From positions 1-29,921 of the IMG/VR virus record IMGVR_UViG_3300032320_000113: a stretch of 29,921 nucleotides of DNA. One strand, given 5' to 3'. The stretch comes from a virus (lineage: Duplodnaviria; Caudoviricetes). Under the pieces are notes generated by a model. That model did not search any database. It saw nothing but the letters and a program-made list of their open reading frames with translations, and was not told the origin of the DNA. The position numbers and the translations under genes were made by a program. Shown here one piece after another: positions 1-10,500 of this stretch (positions are counted from its first letter, which is position 1; each line of letters starts with the position of its first letter).

Positions 1-591
1 GATGCCTCTTTACGCTTTGCAAATATGTTAGATAACCCAAGTAGATACACTCCGCCCGATACTAGGTTTCAGTCTGTAGAAACTTTCCGTGATACAAACC
101 CAAATACGTCTACTAAATCACCTGACGAAGCAGCAGAAATTAGACGCAAAGCAATAGAACAACGCTCTTATGTAAATACGGGGGCTAAATACTTACCTCC
201 TAGTAGACGTCCCGGTCAATTAGATTTAGGTCCAGTAGGTGGGGAGCGGGGTAAATATGATAACCAAGAATCTGTTCTTGCAGCTCAGGGCGGTATTATG
301 GGGTACAACTTAGGTGGCTATGCTAGTGGTGGTAATCCTCGTTTGTTAAGAGGACCCGGTGATGGCATGAGTGATAACATCCCTGCAACTATTGCTGATA
401 GACAGCCAGCTCGTTTAGCTGATGGCGAGTTTGTTGTACCTGCTGATGTAGTGTCACATCTAGGTAATGGCTCAACCGAAGCTGGCGCTAAGAAACTGCA
501 TGAGATGATGAACAGTGTGCGGCAAGCTAGAACAGGTAATCCTAAACAAGGTAAGAAGATTAATCCGAACAAGTTTATGCCTAAGAAATAA
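1..591 (+). CDS. Virion-associated/internal protein, 5'-truncated, with C-terminal GPGDGMSDxIPA..RLADGEFVVPADVV domain
   Basis: Frame is open from base 1 (GAT GCC TCT TTA...). The C-terminal motif resembles the GPGTGTSDSIPARLSNGEFV motif seen in tape-measure/internal virion proteins and is preceded by AxGG repeats. Stop overlaps the next start (TAATG). Confidence 0.6.
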   Translation, partial: DASLRFANMLDNPSRYTPPDTRFQSVETFRDTNPNTSTKSPDEAAEIRRKAIEQRSYVNTGAKYLPPSRRPGQLDLGPVGGERGKYDNQESVLAAQGGIMGYNLGGYASGGNPRLLRGPGDGMSDNIPATIADRQPARLADGEFVVPADVVSHLGNGSTEAGAKKLHEMMNSVRQARTGNPKQGKKINPNKFMPKK

Positions 592-1001
592 TGGAAGTAT
601 CAATGGTCCCTACCCAGCTAATTAATACATGCTGGAAACAAGTAGAACCTTTTATGGCAAAAGCCGCTAAGTATACTTACGGTAGATTTACAAGCGATGA
701 TATTTATGACTCAGTAATGGAACATGATTATCAGTTGTGGGTTGCATTTGATGGAGAAACTATAAAAGGTGCAGTAGTAACTAATGTAATGGTTTACCCT
801 AAGCGTAAATTGTTATGTATGTCATTTTGTGGTGGGTACGACTTAAAAGAATGGAAAGAACCAATGTTAAGCTTGTTGCAGAGATATGCAAAAGACATGG
901 GGTGTGATGGAATTGAGGCTACAGCCAGAGCTGGTTGGGCTAAAATATTTCTTAATGACGGATATAAACAGCATTGGGTAACTTTCGAGTTACCACTATA
1001 A
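591..1001 (+). CDS. GNAT-fold (acyltransferase-like) virion morphogenesis protein, positional analogue of P22 gp14 / T7 gp13
   Basis: 136 aa with GNAT-like beta/alpha pattern (LWVAFDGETIKGAVVT...YAKDMGCDGIEATARAGWAKI), directly upstream of a GKGG-starting pilot-like protein. Confidence 0.6.
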   Translation: MEVSMVPTQLINTCWKQVEPFMAKAAKYTYGRFTSDDIYDSVMEHDYQLWVAFDGETIKGAVVTNVMVYPKRKLLCMSFCGGYDLKEWKEPMLSLLQRYAKDMGCDGIEATARAGWAKIFLNDGYKQHWVTFELPL

Positions 1002-1010
1002 GGAGCAGAT

Positions 1011-4000
1011 ATGGGTAAGGGCGGCGGCGGCGGACCAACACAAACAACTAGTACAAGTAATACCTCAAACATTCCAGAATACGCACAGCCGTATGTCGAG
1101 ACTATGTTGGGTGCTACCCAAAAGCAACTGTATAAAACGGATGACTCGGGGGGAATAACTGGCTTCCAACCGTATAAAGCTTTTGGTGGTACTTACGACG
1201 CCCAAGGTAATATGACTGGGTATGACGCTGGGAAAGCTTTAGCTGGATTTACTCCCGCACAACAGCAAGCCCAACGGGGCATTATGTCATTACAGACTCC
1301 CGGACAATTTGCTGATGCATCTAATATAACTCAACAAGCGGCTCTTGGTAGTTTAGGTGCGCAGTACAACCCAATGAGCGCAGGATATAACCAAGTTCGT
1401 GGGGCTCAAACACAAGCTGCCCAAATGGGTAATGCACCAATGTCTGAAGCTGCTATGGGTTACGGGCAAAACATGCAAGCTGCTACGGGTTCTGGACAGG
1501 ATATGCAGGCTGCCCAAATGGGAGGCTCACCGCAAGCGCAAGCAGCGGCTATGCAAGCTGCTCAACTAGGTAATACTCCACTTGCACAAGCGGCTCAGTT
1601 TGGCGGACCACAAGACGTTAATGCCCAAAATGTAGGTACGCAAGACTACACGGGCGGAAATGTATCTAAATACATGAACCCTTATTTGCAGTCGGCATTA
1701 GACCCACAACTTGCTGAAGTACAAAGACAGTACGATATTACTGGTACACAACAAAGAAGTGGTGCGGCTAAGTCTGGCGCATTTGGTGGTAGCCGTGAAG
1801 CATTAATGTCTGCTGAAAACCAACGTAATGCTGGTATAGCCAAGAATCAAATACTTAGCCAAGGATATAATCAAGCGTTTAATAATGCCCAACAACAATT
1901 TAACGCACAACAACAAGCTAATTTACAAGCTCAACAGGCTAACCAAGGCGCTAATTTACAAGCAGGTCTTGCTAACCAAAGCATGGGTTACAACACAGGC
2001 GCACAAAATGCACAGTTGCAACAACAAGCTAACCTTGCAAATCAAGGGTTAATGGGTCAGTATGGCTTACAACAAGGACAGTTTGGGCAAGCAGCTAATC
2101 AGTTTAATGCTGGTAATCAACAGCAAGCTAACTTAGCTAATCAAGCATTAGCCGGTCAATATGGGATGCAACAAGGACAGTTTAATCAAGCAGCTAATCA
2201 AGCTAATCAAGCTTCCCGTAATCAGTTTGGCATGGCTAATTTAGCTAATCAACAACAAGCTAACCAAGCAAACCAAGCCGCCCAAAATCAATTTGGTATG
2301 GCTAATCTAAGTAATCGCCAACAGAGTGGTTTAGCTAATCAAGCCTTGATGGGGCAGTATGGGATGCAACAGGGTCAGTTTGGTCAAGCAGCTAACTTAG
2401 CTAATCAACAGTCTAGGAACCAAGCAAATCTTGCTAACCAACAAGCACAGTTAGCAGCTCAAGGACAAAACATTGGGCAACAACAGTTTGGGGCTAACTA
2501 CCGGATGCAGGGGTTAGGACAAGCTGGACAGATGGCTGGGCAACTTGCTGGTATTGGTGGGCAACAGTTACAAGCTCAACAAGGTATTTATAACGCTCAA
2601 AATGCTGTAGGTGGACAACAGCAACAACTTGAGCAACAGAAGATTAATCAAGCCCTACAAGATTACGCTAACGCTCAACAGTATCCAATTATGCAGTTGG
2701 GTACTATGTCTAATATGCTTCGTGGTCTACCAATGCAAGCTCAGACTACACAACAATACCAAGCGCAAGCTAACCCGATAACACAGGGTATTGGTGCATT
2801 GGGTGCTGGGGCTTCACTATATAACGCTACTAAAGCCGAAGGCGGAGTAGTTAAAGCCGCTAAAGGTGGCATCATGTCTTATGATGTTGGTGGAGCAGTC
2901 TATTCTGATTTACTAGAGATGGAGCCTGAGCAGTTAAGTAAGTACATTAAAGAAGCTTCTAGCCCACGAGTTAAGTCTATGGCTGAACAAATTTTAAGAG
3001 AAAAGACTGGCAAAGCTAGTGGTGGCATTATGCGGTTTGCTAGGGGCGAAGATGTAGAACTTGGAGAAGACTATAAACCGGGAGAAAAAGTTGAAGGTTC
3101 TACTTCATACCGCCCAACAGTTACATTACCTAATAAACCAGCAGACCCTGTTGTATCTAGATTTCATAGCGTATTAAAAAATGAAATGCCAGCGGCTTTA
3201 AGAGCCCCTGATTATACGGCAGCGAAACCCCCAGAAAAACAATTAAGTAGTCAAGATGCGGCTATTGCTGAGCAATTAAAAAGAGATTTATTAACGCAAG
3301 TGCCAGAAGGCAGAACACCGGCTCAACCAATTTCTCCTAGTAGTATTTTAGCGGCGAGTCCAGCAAGTCCACCGCCAGCGGGAGCAAGTCCAGCGGGAGC
3401 AAGTCCAGCAGCACCGCCAAGAGCAAACGCACCAATACCTGCTAATAGAGTTAATACAATTGTAAATCAAAACCCGCAATTAAAAGATGCTATGGGCAGT
3501 AACACGCCTGATAAAAATGCAAAAGAAACTATGGATTTTTATCGTGGGCTTTTAAAAGAATTAAAAGTTGATGAAAATAAACCAACGGATGAATACGCTG
3601 GGATGTCTACAGAGGGTATAGCAAATAAATTAGAAACAGATAGAAGTAAATTCTTAGGACCAAATCCATCTGGTAAACAACGTGAATCTATAATGGCAGA
3701 AAAAGCTAATGCTCAAGATGAAGCTAAACGTACACAAGCTATGCGTATGGCAGAGTTCTTTGCTATGTGGGGGTCAACTCCGGGCAATACTATTGTTGCT
3801 GGTCTTAATGCAATGAAGAATAAAATACCTGACTTTATTACAGATAGAAAAGAAGCTACTAAAATACGCAGAGATATGGATAAGTCTATTGCTGAATTAG
3901 ACAGAGTAGACTATCTTGAAAAAGCTGGTAGGTTTGATGAAGCTGGAAAACTGCGAGAAACTTCCAGAAAACATGGTATGGAATGGGCTACAAAAATGGT

Positions 4001-4544
4001 AGACCTATCATCTAGGTTTGCTATAGCTGCCGGACAAGATGTTAGCGCAGAAAAGAGAACTCGTATGACTGGTGAGTATGCGTTAGAAGGAGATAGACTA
4101 AAAGCTGCTGCAATTAGAGACGGTAATCAGCTTAAAATGAGCGCAGACTTAAAAACAATTGAAGGACAGTTTGCAAAAGCTAATACAGCTCTTGAAACCG
4201 CAAGAAAAAATTTCTCTAAAGAATTAGAAGGCGATGAAAATTACCGTAGGTCTTTGGTAATAGTAGATAGCGCAAATGCAACTGAAAAACAAAAAATTGC
4301 GGCAAGGGAATATATAAAATCTAAAAAGACCGAAGCAGATACTGAATTAGGTCGATTAAAAAATGATGTAGAATATTATAGAGAGTTAAGGGATACTTAT
4401 AGAGGAACTACACCGGGGGCATCTACATCAAAGACACCTACATCTAAAGAAACAGTTAATGTTGGTGGAGTTACTTATTCTAAACCTCCTGATATGACTA
4501 ATGATGATTGGGCAAAATATAAAAAAGACGTAGGGGCTAGATAA
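1011..4544 (+). CDS. DNA ejection/pilot protein: gp7-like Q/N-rich N-terminal half joined to a charged helical gp20-like C-terminal half
   Basis: SD AAGGAG at ~999-1004. Starts MGKGGGGG (P22 gp7 has GGKGG near its mature N-terminus). YMNPY...GAFGGSR core, uncharged Q/N/A/G repeats, Gly-rich hydrophobic segment ITQGIGALGAGASLY, then an E/K-rich helical region. Confidence 0.7.
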   Translation: MGKGGGGGPTQTTSTSNTSNIPEYAQPYVETMLGATQKQLYKTDDSGGITGFQPYKAFGGTYDAQGNMTGYDAGKALAGFTPAQQQAQRGIMSLQTPGQFADASNITQQAALGSLGAQYNPMSAGYNQVRGAQTQAAQMGNAPMSEAAMGYGQNMQAATGSGQDMQAAQMGGSPQAQAAAMQAAQLGNTPLAQAAQFGGPQDVNAQNVGTQDYTGGNVSKYMNPYLQSALDPQLAEVQRQYDITGTQQRSGAAKSGAFGGSREALMSAENQRNAGIAKNQILSQGYNQAFNNAQQQFNAQQQANLQAQQANQGANLQAGLANQSMGYNTGAQNAQLQQQANLANQGLMGQYGLQQGQFGQAANQFNAGNQQQANLANQALAGQYGMQQGQFNQAANQANQASRNQFGMANLANQQQANQANQAAQNQFGMANLSNRQQSGLANQALMGQYGMQQGQFGQAANLANQQSRNQANLANQQAQLAAQGQNIGQQQFGANYRMQGLGQAGQMAGQLAGIGGQQLQAQQGIYNAQNAVGGQQQQLEQQKINQALQDYANAQQYPIMQLGTMSNMLRGLPMQAQTTQQYQAQANPITQGIGALGAGASLYNATKAEGGVVKAAKGGIMSYDVGGAVYSDLLEMEPEQLSKYIKEASSPRVKSMAEQILREKTGKASGGIMRFARGEDVELGEDYKPGEKVEGSTSYRPTVTLPNKPADPVVSRFHSVLKNEMPAALRAPDYTAAKPPEKQLSSQDAAIAEQLKRDLLTQVPEGRTPAQPISPSSILAASPASPPPAGASPAGASPAAPPRANAPIPANRVNTIVNQNPQLKDAMGSNTPDKNAKETMDFYRGLLKELKVDENKPTDEYAGMSTEGIANKLETDRSKFLGPNPSGKQRESIMAEKANAQDEAKRTQAMRMAEFFAMWGSTPGNTIVAGLNAMKNKIPDFITDRKEATKIRRDMDKSIAELDRVDYLEKAGRFDEAGKLRETSRKHGMEWATKMVDLSSRFAIAAGQDVSAEKRTRMTGEYALEGDRLKAAAIRDGNQLKMSADLKTIEGQFAKANTALETARKNFSKELEGDENYRRSLVIVDSANATEKQKIAAREYIKSKKTEADTELGRLKNDVEYYRELRDTYRGTTPGASTSKTPTSKETVNVGGVTYSKPPDMTNDDWAKYKKDVGAR
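1380..1646 (+). repeat. Coding repeat arm 1: 17 units of 5-6 aa (xQAAQ, xGxxPx, GxGQx)
   Basis: AGYNQ|VRGAQ|TQAAQ|MGNAPM|SEAAM|GYGQN|MQAAT|GSGQD|MQAAQ|MGGSPQ|AQAAA|MQAAQ|LGNTPL|AQAAQ|FGGPQD|VNAQN|VGTQD. Confidence 0.8.
1920..2480 (+). repeat. Coding repeat arm 2: 17 hendecad (11-aa, 33-nt) Q/N-rich units
   Basis: Uninterrupted 11-residue register, e.g. QQQANLANQGL, MGQYGLQQGQF, GQAANQFNAGN, RNQFGMANLAN. Confidence 0.9.
3354..3419 (+). repeat. Short tandem repeat encoding a Pro/Ala linker (ASPA / PAGAS)
   Basis: CCAGCGGGAGCAAGT occurs twice in tandem with partial AGTCCA copies. Confidence 0.8.
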
Positions 4545-7500
4545 TGAGTCCTGAAGAGTGGTTAGCTAGTCAACCCAAAAAATCTTCAGCTCAACCTTTA
4601 ATTCTAAGTCCAGAAGAATGGTTAGCTAAACAACAACCTCAACAACAGGTTGCTAGACCAATTAGTCCAGAAGAATGGTTAACTTCAAAAAATAAACCCA
4701 CTGTAGCACCCGAACCTCCGCCAGAAGCAGAAAGCTTTTCTACGCTTAGACAGATTGCTGACGTACCCTTGCAAGCAGGTAAAGGTTTGGTGCAGGGTGT
4801 TAGGATGGTTGCCGATGCGTTTGGGGCAGGTAGTGATACAAGTAAGAGTTTAAAAAGCGCAGAGAGTTATGTCGCTAATTTAATGAGTGCTCAGTCTAAA
4901 GAAGACTCTAAAGAGATAGCACGCATTATGAAAGAAGCCGAAGATAAAGGCGCTCTTGACCAAGTTAAAGCCGCTGTTAAAGCTATGACTATAGCGCCGG
5001 TTGACTTTATTGCTAATGCATTAGGTACAGCAGCGCCAGCTATTGTTACGGCTTTAGGCGCTACTATATTTGGTGCGCCCGCTTTAGCTGTTACTGGAAT
5101 TGGAGCTGGAGTTGGTGCAGTAATGGGCGCTGGTACAGTTAAAGGTTCTATATACGACATTGTTAAAGATGAACTATCTAAAACCAAAATGCCGCCTGAC
5201 CAGATAGAAGCACGGGCACAATTAGCTCAAGCATACAACGGGCAAAATTTAGATTCAATTTTAACTGGCGCAGCTATTGGTACTATTGGCGCTACTACTG
5301 GCGCTGAACCTGCTATTGCTAGGCAGATGGTAAAAGGTATTCTTTCAAAGACAGCCGTAAAAGAAGAAATTAAGAAAGCGTCTGAAGAAGGGCTTAAAAA
5401 AGCAGCGGAACGTGGAGCTATAAAACAAGGGGCAATAACTAGCGGTAAAGAGTTTGGTACTGAATTTGCTCAAGCCGGTCAAGAACAATTAGCGCAGAAC
5501 GTCGCATTACAACGTGAAGGGTTTGATGTACCTACTATGCGTGGTGTAGTAGGGCAGGCAACTTTAGAAGGTTTAGCTGGAGCAGGTTTAGGTGCGCTAG
5601 CTGGTGGTAGAGAAGCATTAAAAGCTAAAGATGTTTTAGACCAAAGAGAATATCTTAAGTCAGAAAAAGAAAGACTTACTAAAGAGCAAGCTGATAAAGA
5701 ACAAAAAGCTAACCAAGTAATACCTCCAGAACAAGATGTTGACGCATTGTTGTCATCGTCTATTACTCCTCCAGCTGAAGTAAAATCTCCGGTACCTCTT
5801 AATGCCGATGTTCAATCTATTGTTGATAGGTTGCAAGAAGATTTTGATAAGCGCCAAACGGAAATTGATGATAAAACTCATAAAAACATACCCGCCGCAA
5901 CTAAGAAGAATAACAAATTAAAAACTACCATTGATGCAATTAGTACTGGTACGCCTTTAGAAGAGGCTATAAAAAACCTTAGCGAAAAACAAATTGAATT
6001 TTTTAATTTAGGTACATTGCCTGAACAAACGCCGCCTAAAAAGGAAGAAGCTTTACCGCCACTTACAAAGACTCCAGCTGAAATAGCATTAAAAGACCCT
6101 GTTGTAATGGCTAAAGATTATATGGCGTCAATTGGGGATACCCCCGGTAGTATGCCTATATTAAAAAATATTTCTAATAAGTTAAATTTAAACGTACCTA
6201 CTGGACCGGGCTTTGTAGCTAGAGCTAAAACCGCAATCCAAGAACATTTAGCACAATTAGGGGAGGCATCTAATGTTCAACCAACTGACACTACAACAAC
6301 TGGAACTAGCGCTGAAGCACTTGGAACACCCGGAACAGACGTTACCTCCACAGGAGCTGCCCCTGTTGACCAAGGAGGAATGGCTGTCAATAATATTGTT
6401 AGCACAGGACTTGAAGGTGGAGAAAGCCAACAGCCTAATCCATTAATTAATAGTCTTATAGAGGAAGCTAATAATAGTGGGGTTACAGTAGACCCTAATG
6501 ATACGTTTGAATCTTTACAGTTAAAAATAAACCAACAAAAAGCCGCTACTGATTTTAATGCAGCAGGTTCAGATTTATTAAATATTTTAGGTAATTTAAC
6601 TGGAGCAAAAGTAAATTTCACTCCTGACGAAGAAGTGCAGTTAATGCCTACTTTGGTTAAATTGTTTGATGCAGCGGCAAAACTAGGGTATTACAGATTA
6701 GAAGAAGCTATAAAGTACGTTAAAGATTATCTGTTTAAAAATGCTGGGCAACAACAAGCCAATAAGTTTGAACAAGAGTTTTTACAACGGGCTTATGCCG
6801 AATTTAGAAACACAAAAGAAAGAAGGGGCGTTCAACGCCCTGTTACTGAAGAACAGAGAAATCAACAACGTGCTGAATTAGAGAGGTCTATTCAAGAGAA
6901 TGATGCACAACAACAAGCGGCGCTGCTGCAAGATTTTGAAAAAGCAGAGGCTAGAGAAACCGAATATCAAGAAGTACTAGCTGAAGATTTAAACGAGCCA
7001 TTAAAACGTATTGATGTAGGCTACAGCAAAGGTAATGTTGCTCCAGAAATTGTAGAAGAGTATGAAGCCGCTAGAGAAGAGTTTAACGCTAATTTAGACC
7101 CAGATAAACGTATTCGGGAATGGAGTCGTTTAAACGCTGACCAAAAAGAATTATATTTAAATTACATTGGAAGAAATACCATTGAAGAACATGATAAGGC
7201 TATACAAGCTTTATATGACTACAATCAATCAAGTATTGCTTCTCAATTAGAATTAGACCCCAAACAACGTAGAATAGTTAACAACTACAATAGGCTTACT
7301 AAATATTATGGGGATAAATTTAAAATTGATTTTCCTAATTGGTTAAGTTTATCGCCTGAATCTCAACAAATATACCTTAATAAAGTTACAAACAATCAAC
7401 CTACAGTACAACAAGAAGGTTTTGAAGCAATTGCAAATCAATTAGAACTTGAAGGTAAAGGTATTCGTGGGTTAGATAAAGCTGATATTGAAGGTTTAAA

Positions 7501-10500
7501 ATTACGTCAAACTAATGAAGCTACACAAATTGCTTCTCAAGAACGTATAGTACAAGAAAAAGCTGCGGAAGAATCAGCGCAAGGTAAAGGAGAACCTTTA
7601 TCTGCACAAATGATTAAAGAATTAAAAGACGGTAATATTAATTATGTTTTGGGTCTTTTATCGTCGCAAGCTAAAGGTTTAATAAATTTAAGATTAGCTA
7701 AAGGTGATAAAACATATCGTCAAGGTTACTCGTATTTTGTAGGGCTCCGTAAAAGAGCGGCTGAATTAACTTTTAAACTTTTAGCTAGTAACTTAAACCA
7801 AATTGAATATAATTCTAAAGTTGTTACAGACCCTAACGATGAAGTTATTCAGCGCTTAGAACGAGAAGGTAAATTAGCTGAATACGACCCTAAGACCAAT
7901 ACTTTTTATTTTACTGAAAAAGGTTTTGATGAGTCTACATTTTTACATGAAGTAGTTCATGCGGGTACTGTTAAGTTAATTAGTACATTCTTAGATGACC
8001 CAATGAATACTAAAGGTCAGCTATTACCTCATCAACATCAAGCTTTACGGCATTTAGCTGATATATATCAATTTGCTAAAAAACGGTTAGGTAATAAATA
8101 TAAAAATGCTTTTGAAAATATATATGAGTTTGTTAGTTATGCCTTAACAGATAATGCATTTCAAATTGAACTATCAAATATCCAATCTCGTAATCTTGCA
8201 AATTACACACGCCGAGCAATAAAAGATTTATGGGGTAATTTAACCACTGCATTTAGTAAGTTGTTTGGTTTATACGACCCTAAACAAGATTCCATTAAAT
8301 TACCTACAGAGATATATCAACAACTAGCTAAAGAATGGAGTGCAATAGACCCTAACTCATTATATAAAAATATTCAAAAAGCTGAAACAGTAGGCGATTT
8401 AGCTGAAGCATTGAATATGGAAGATATGGAAACTCTAGAAGTTGGGCCAGCAGTTTCTGGTAAAGAAACTAAAATTGCAACTAAAACACAGAAAACTGTT
8501 AAACAAGCTGATAGGTTTTTAACTAGCATACCCGGCTATGAAGGTAATTTATTACTAGAAATATCTGAAATATTTAATGACATCCTTGAAGCGCCCGAAG
8601 TCGGCACTAATGTTGCGCCACTTGCAGCTAAAGCGCAGCCTAAAGGCAAGAGTAAAAAAGCAAGACCTTATAAAGATATTACAGATGTTTATGGCGATAA
8701 TCCTTCATTTGACCCACCAGAAGGGTTACAGAAAAAAGGTATTACAAGCATTATAAGTGATATGTTTAGTTATCAAGGTATACAAAAAACTGTTACTAGA
8801 TTTCAAAATGACCGTCGAGCACTTAGAAATGAAGAACGAAGTAATATACTTTCAGGTAAAAACCGTGACAGTGGGCCTGATGTAAACAACATAAACTTGC
8901 AAGTTACTATAGCGCCAAGTAAATCTGTTATTAAGTTTGGGACTAGAGTACAAAAAACATACGAAGCTTTACAACAAGCTATGGTTGCACTTGCTAAAAC
9001 TAATGACATTATTAATACTACTAAAAGAGTTAATGAAGAAAGAAAAATTAAAGGCGAAAGACAGCTTACGCCTGTAGAGTTTATGCAAGGTGTTCTGCAT
9101 ATATATGGTCAGGCTTTTACAGATGCAGAACGACGTTTAAATTTATTTGTTCAAACAGCGCCGTTATCTAAAGATAAAAACATTTCTATCAACGGAAAAA
9201 CAATTAGCGCAGCTGATCTTAGAGAGTTAATACTAGGTAATCCTGTAACTAAAAATGCTGGAATACTTGATAATCCTAACCTTTCAGAAGCCCAAGCTAG
9301 ACAGTTATGGGAGCGTTTAGAGCAGTATGTATTTATTATTGATGCTAAAGGTAACAAAATACCAAACCCACAATATGTTGTAGTAGGGGGTTATAGCCCA
9401 AATGGTAATACAGCAATAGATTTTAGAGACGCAGCGGGCACTACGCAATATAACGCCACCGGATTTACTTATGAAGAAACCGCTAGGTTTTTAGCTGCCT
9501 ATGAAAAAGATGTTAATAAACCTTTACTAGATACAATATTTAAAGCTACTTGGGATTTAAATGCAGTTGCATTAGAGTTAAATAAAGAATCGTATTATGT
9601 ATCTAAGCCAGCCGCTAACTGGATAGCAGCTTATGGCTATAAAAATTATGTACCTTTAAAAGGATTTGCAGAGCAAAATGTTTTCCAATCAAAAAATAAT
9701 TTAAATTTTAACGGTCAAAAGCTAGAAAAAGAACTATCAGAAACGGCTATTAAAAGTGAAGGACGTTTTACTGTTTCAAAAAATCCTGTTATACAAAGTA
9801 TGTCGGAAGCAATGATTGCTGCGACTCGTGCGGGAAGAGGTCCAGATTATACGTTGGCAATTAAAAATTCTGTTGGCAAAAGTCCTAAAAAAATTGACGG
9901 TAAAAAAGTTGATTTAAACCCTAATGGTCAAAGTTTAATTAATGGCGCAGTGATTGAGCATATACCGTTTAATGAACGGTCATACGATACTATTAAAGAA
10001 GTGCGAAAGCAAAATACAGTGCTCCATCATAATGAAGACGGTAGTATTGACGTAATTGAAATTAATGACCCAGCCATACTTTTAGCAATAAGACGCCCTT
10101 ATAAAGAACGAAATCAATTTGTTGAATATGCTAACCGTATTACTAGCGGTTTAGGGCAAGTGCACACAAGATACAATATAAACTTTGGACCTTTAAACTT
10201 TGTGCGTGATGCGTTAACTAATGCATGGACTATCGGGGCGGAGATCGGCCCAGCAAAAGGCGCAGAATTAATTATGCAAGTTGCTTACCAAGTAACTTCT
10301 AAAAACTCATTAACTAAGGCATGGAAAGTAGCTAGGGCTTATAAAACGCCTGAGTTTGAAAAATTTAAAAACAGTAATGACCCTGTCATTAGGAATATGT
10401 ATGAGTTGATTAAAGAAGGCGGTATGGTTGAGTATATGTCGGGTATATCGCTTAGGTCAAATTTAGAAAAACTAGACCAAGAATTAACTAAATCTAAATC

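Noticed and set aside
1920-2480. 33-nt periodic repeats as a CRISPR array or DGR repeat
   Set aside because: In-frame coding repeats with synonymous variation, no unique spacers and no reverse transcriptase in the window.
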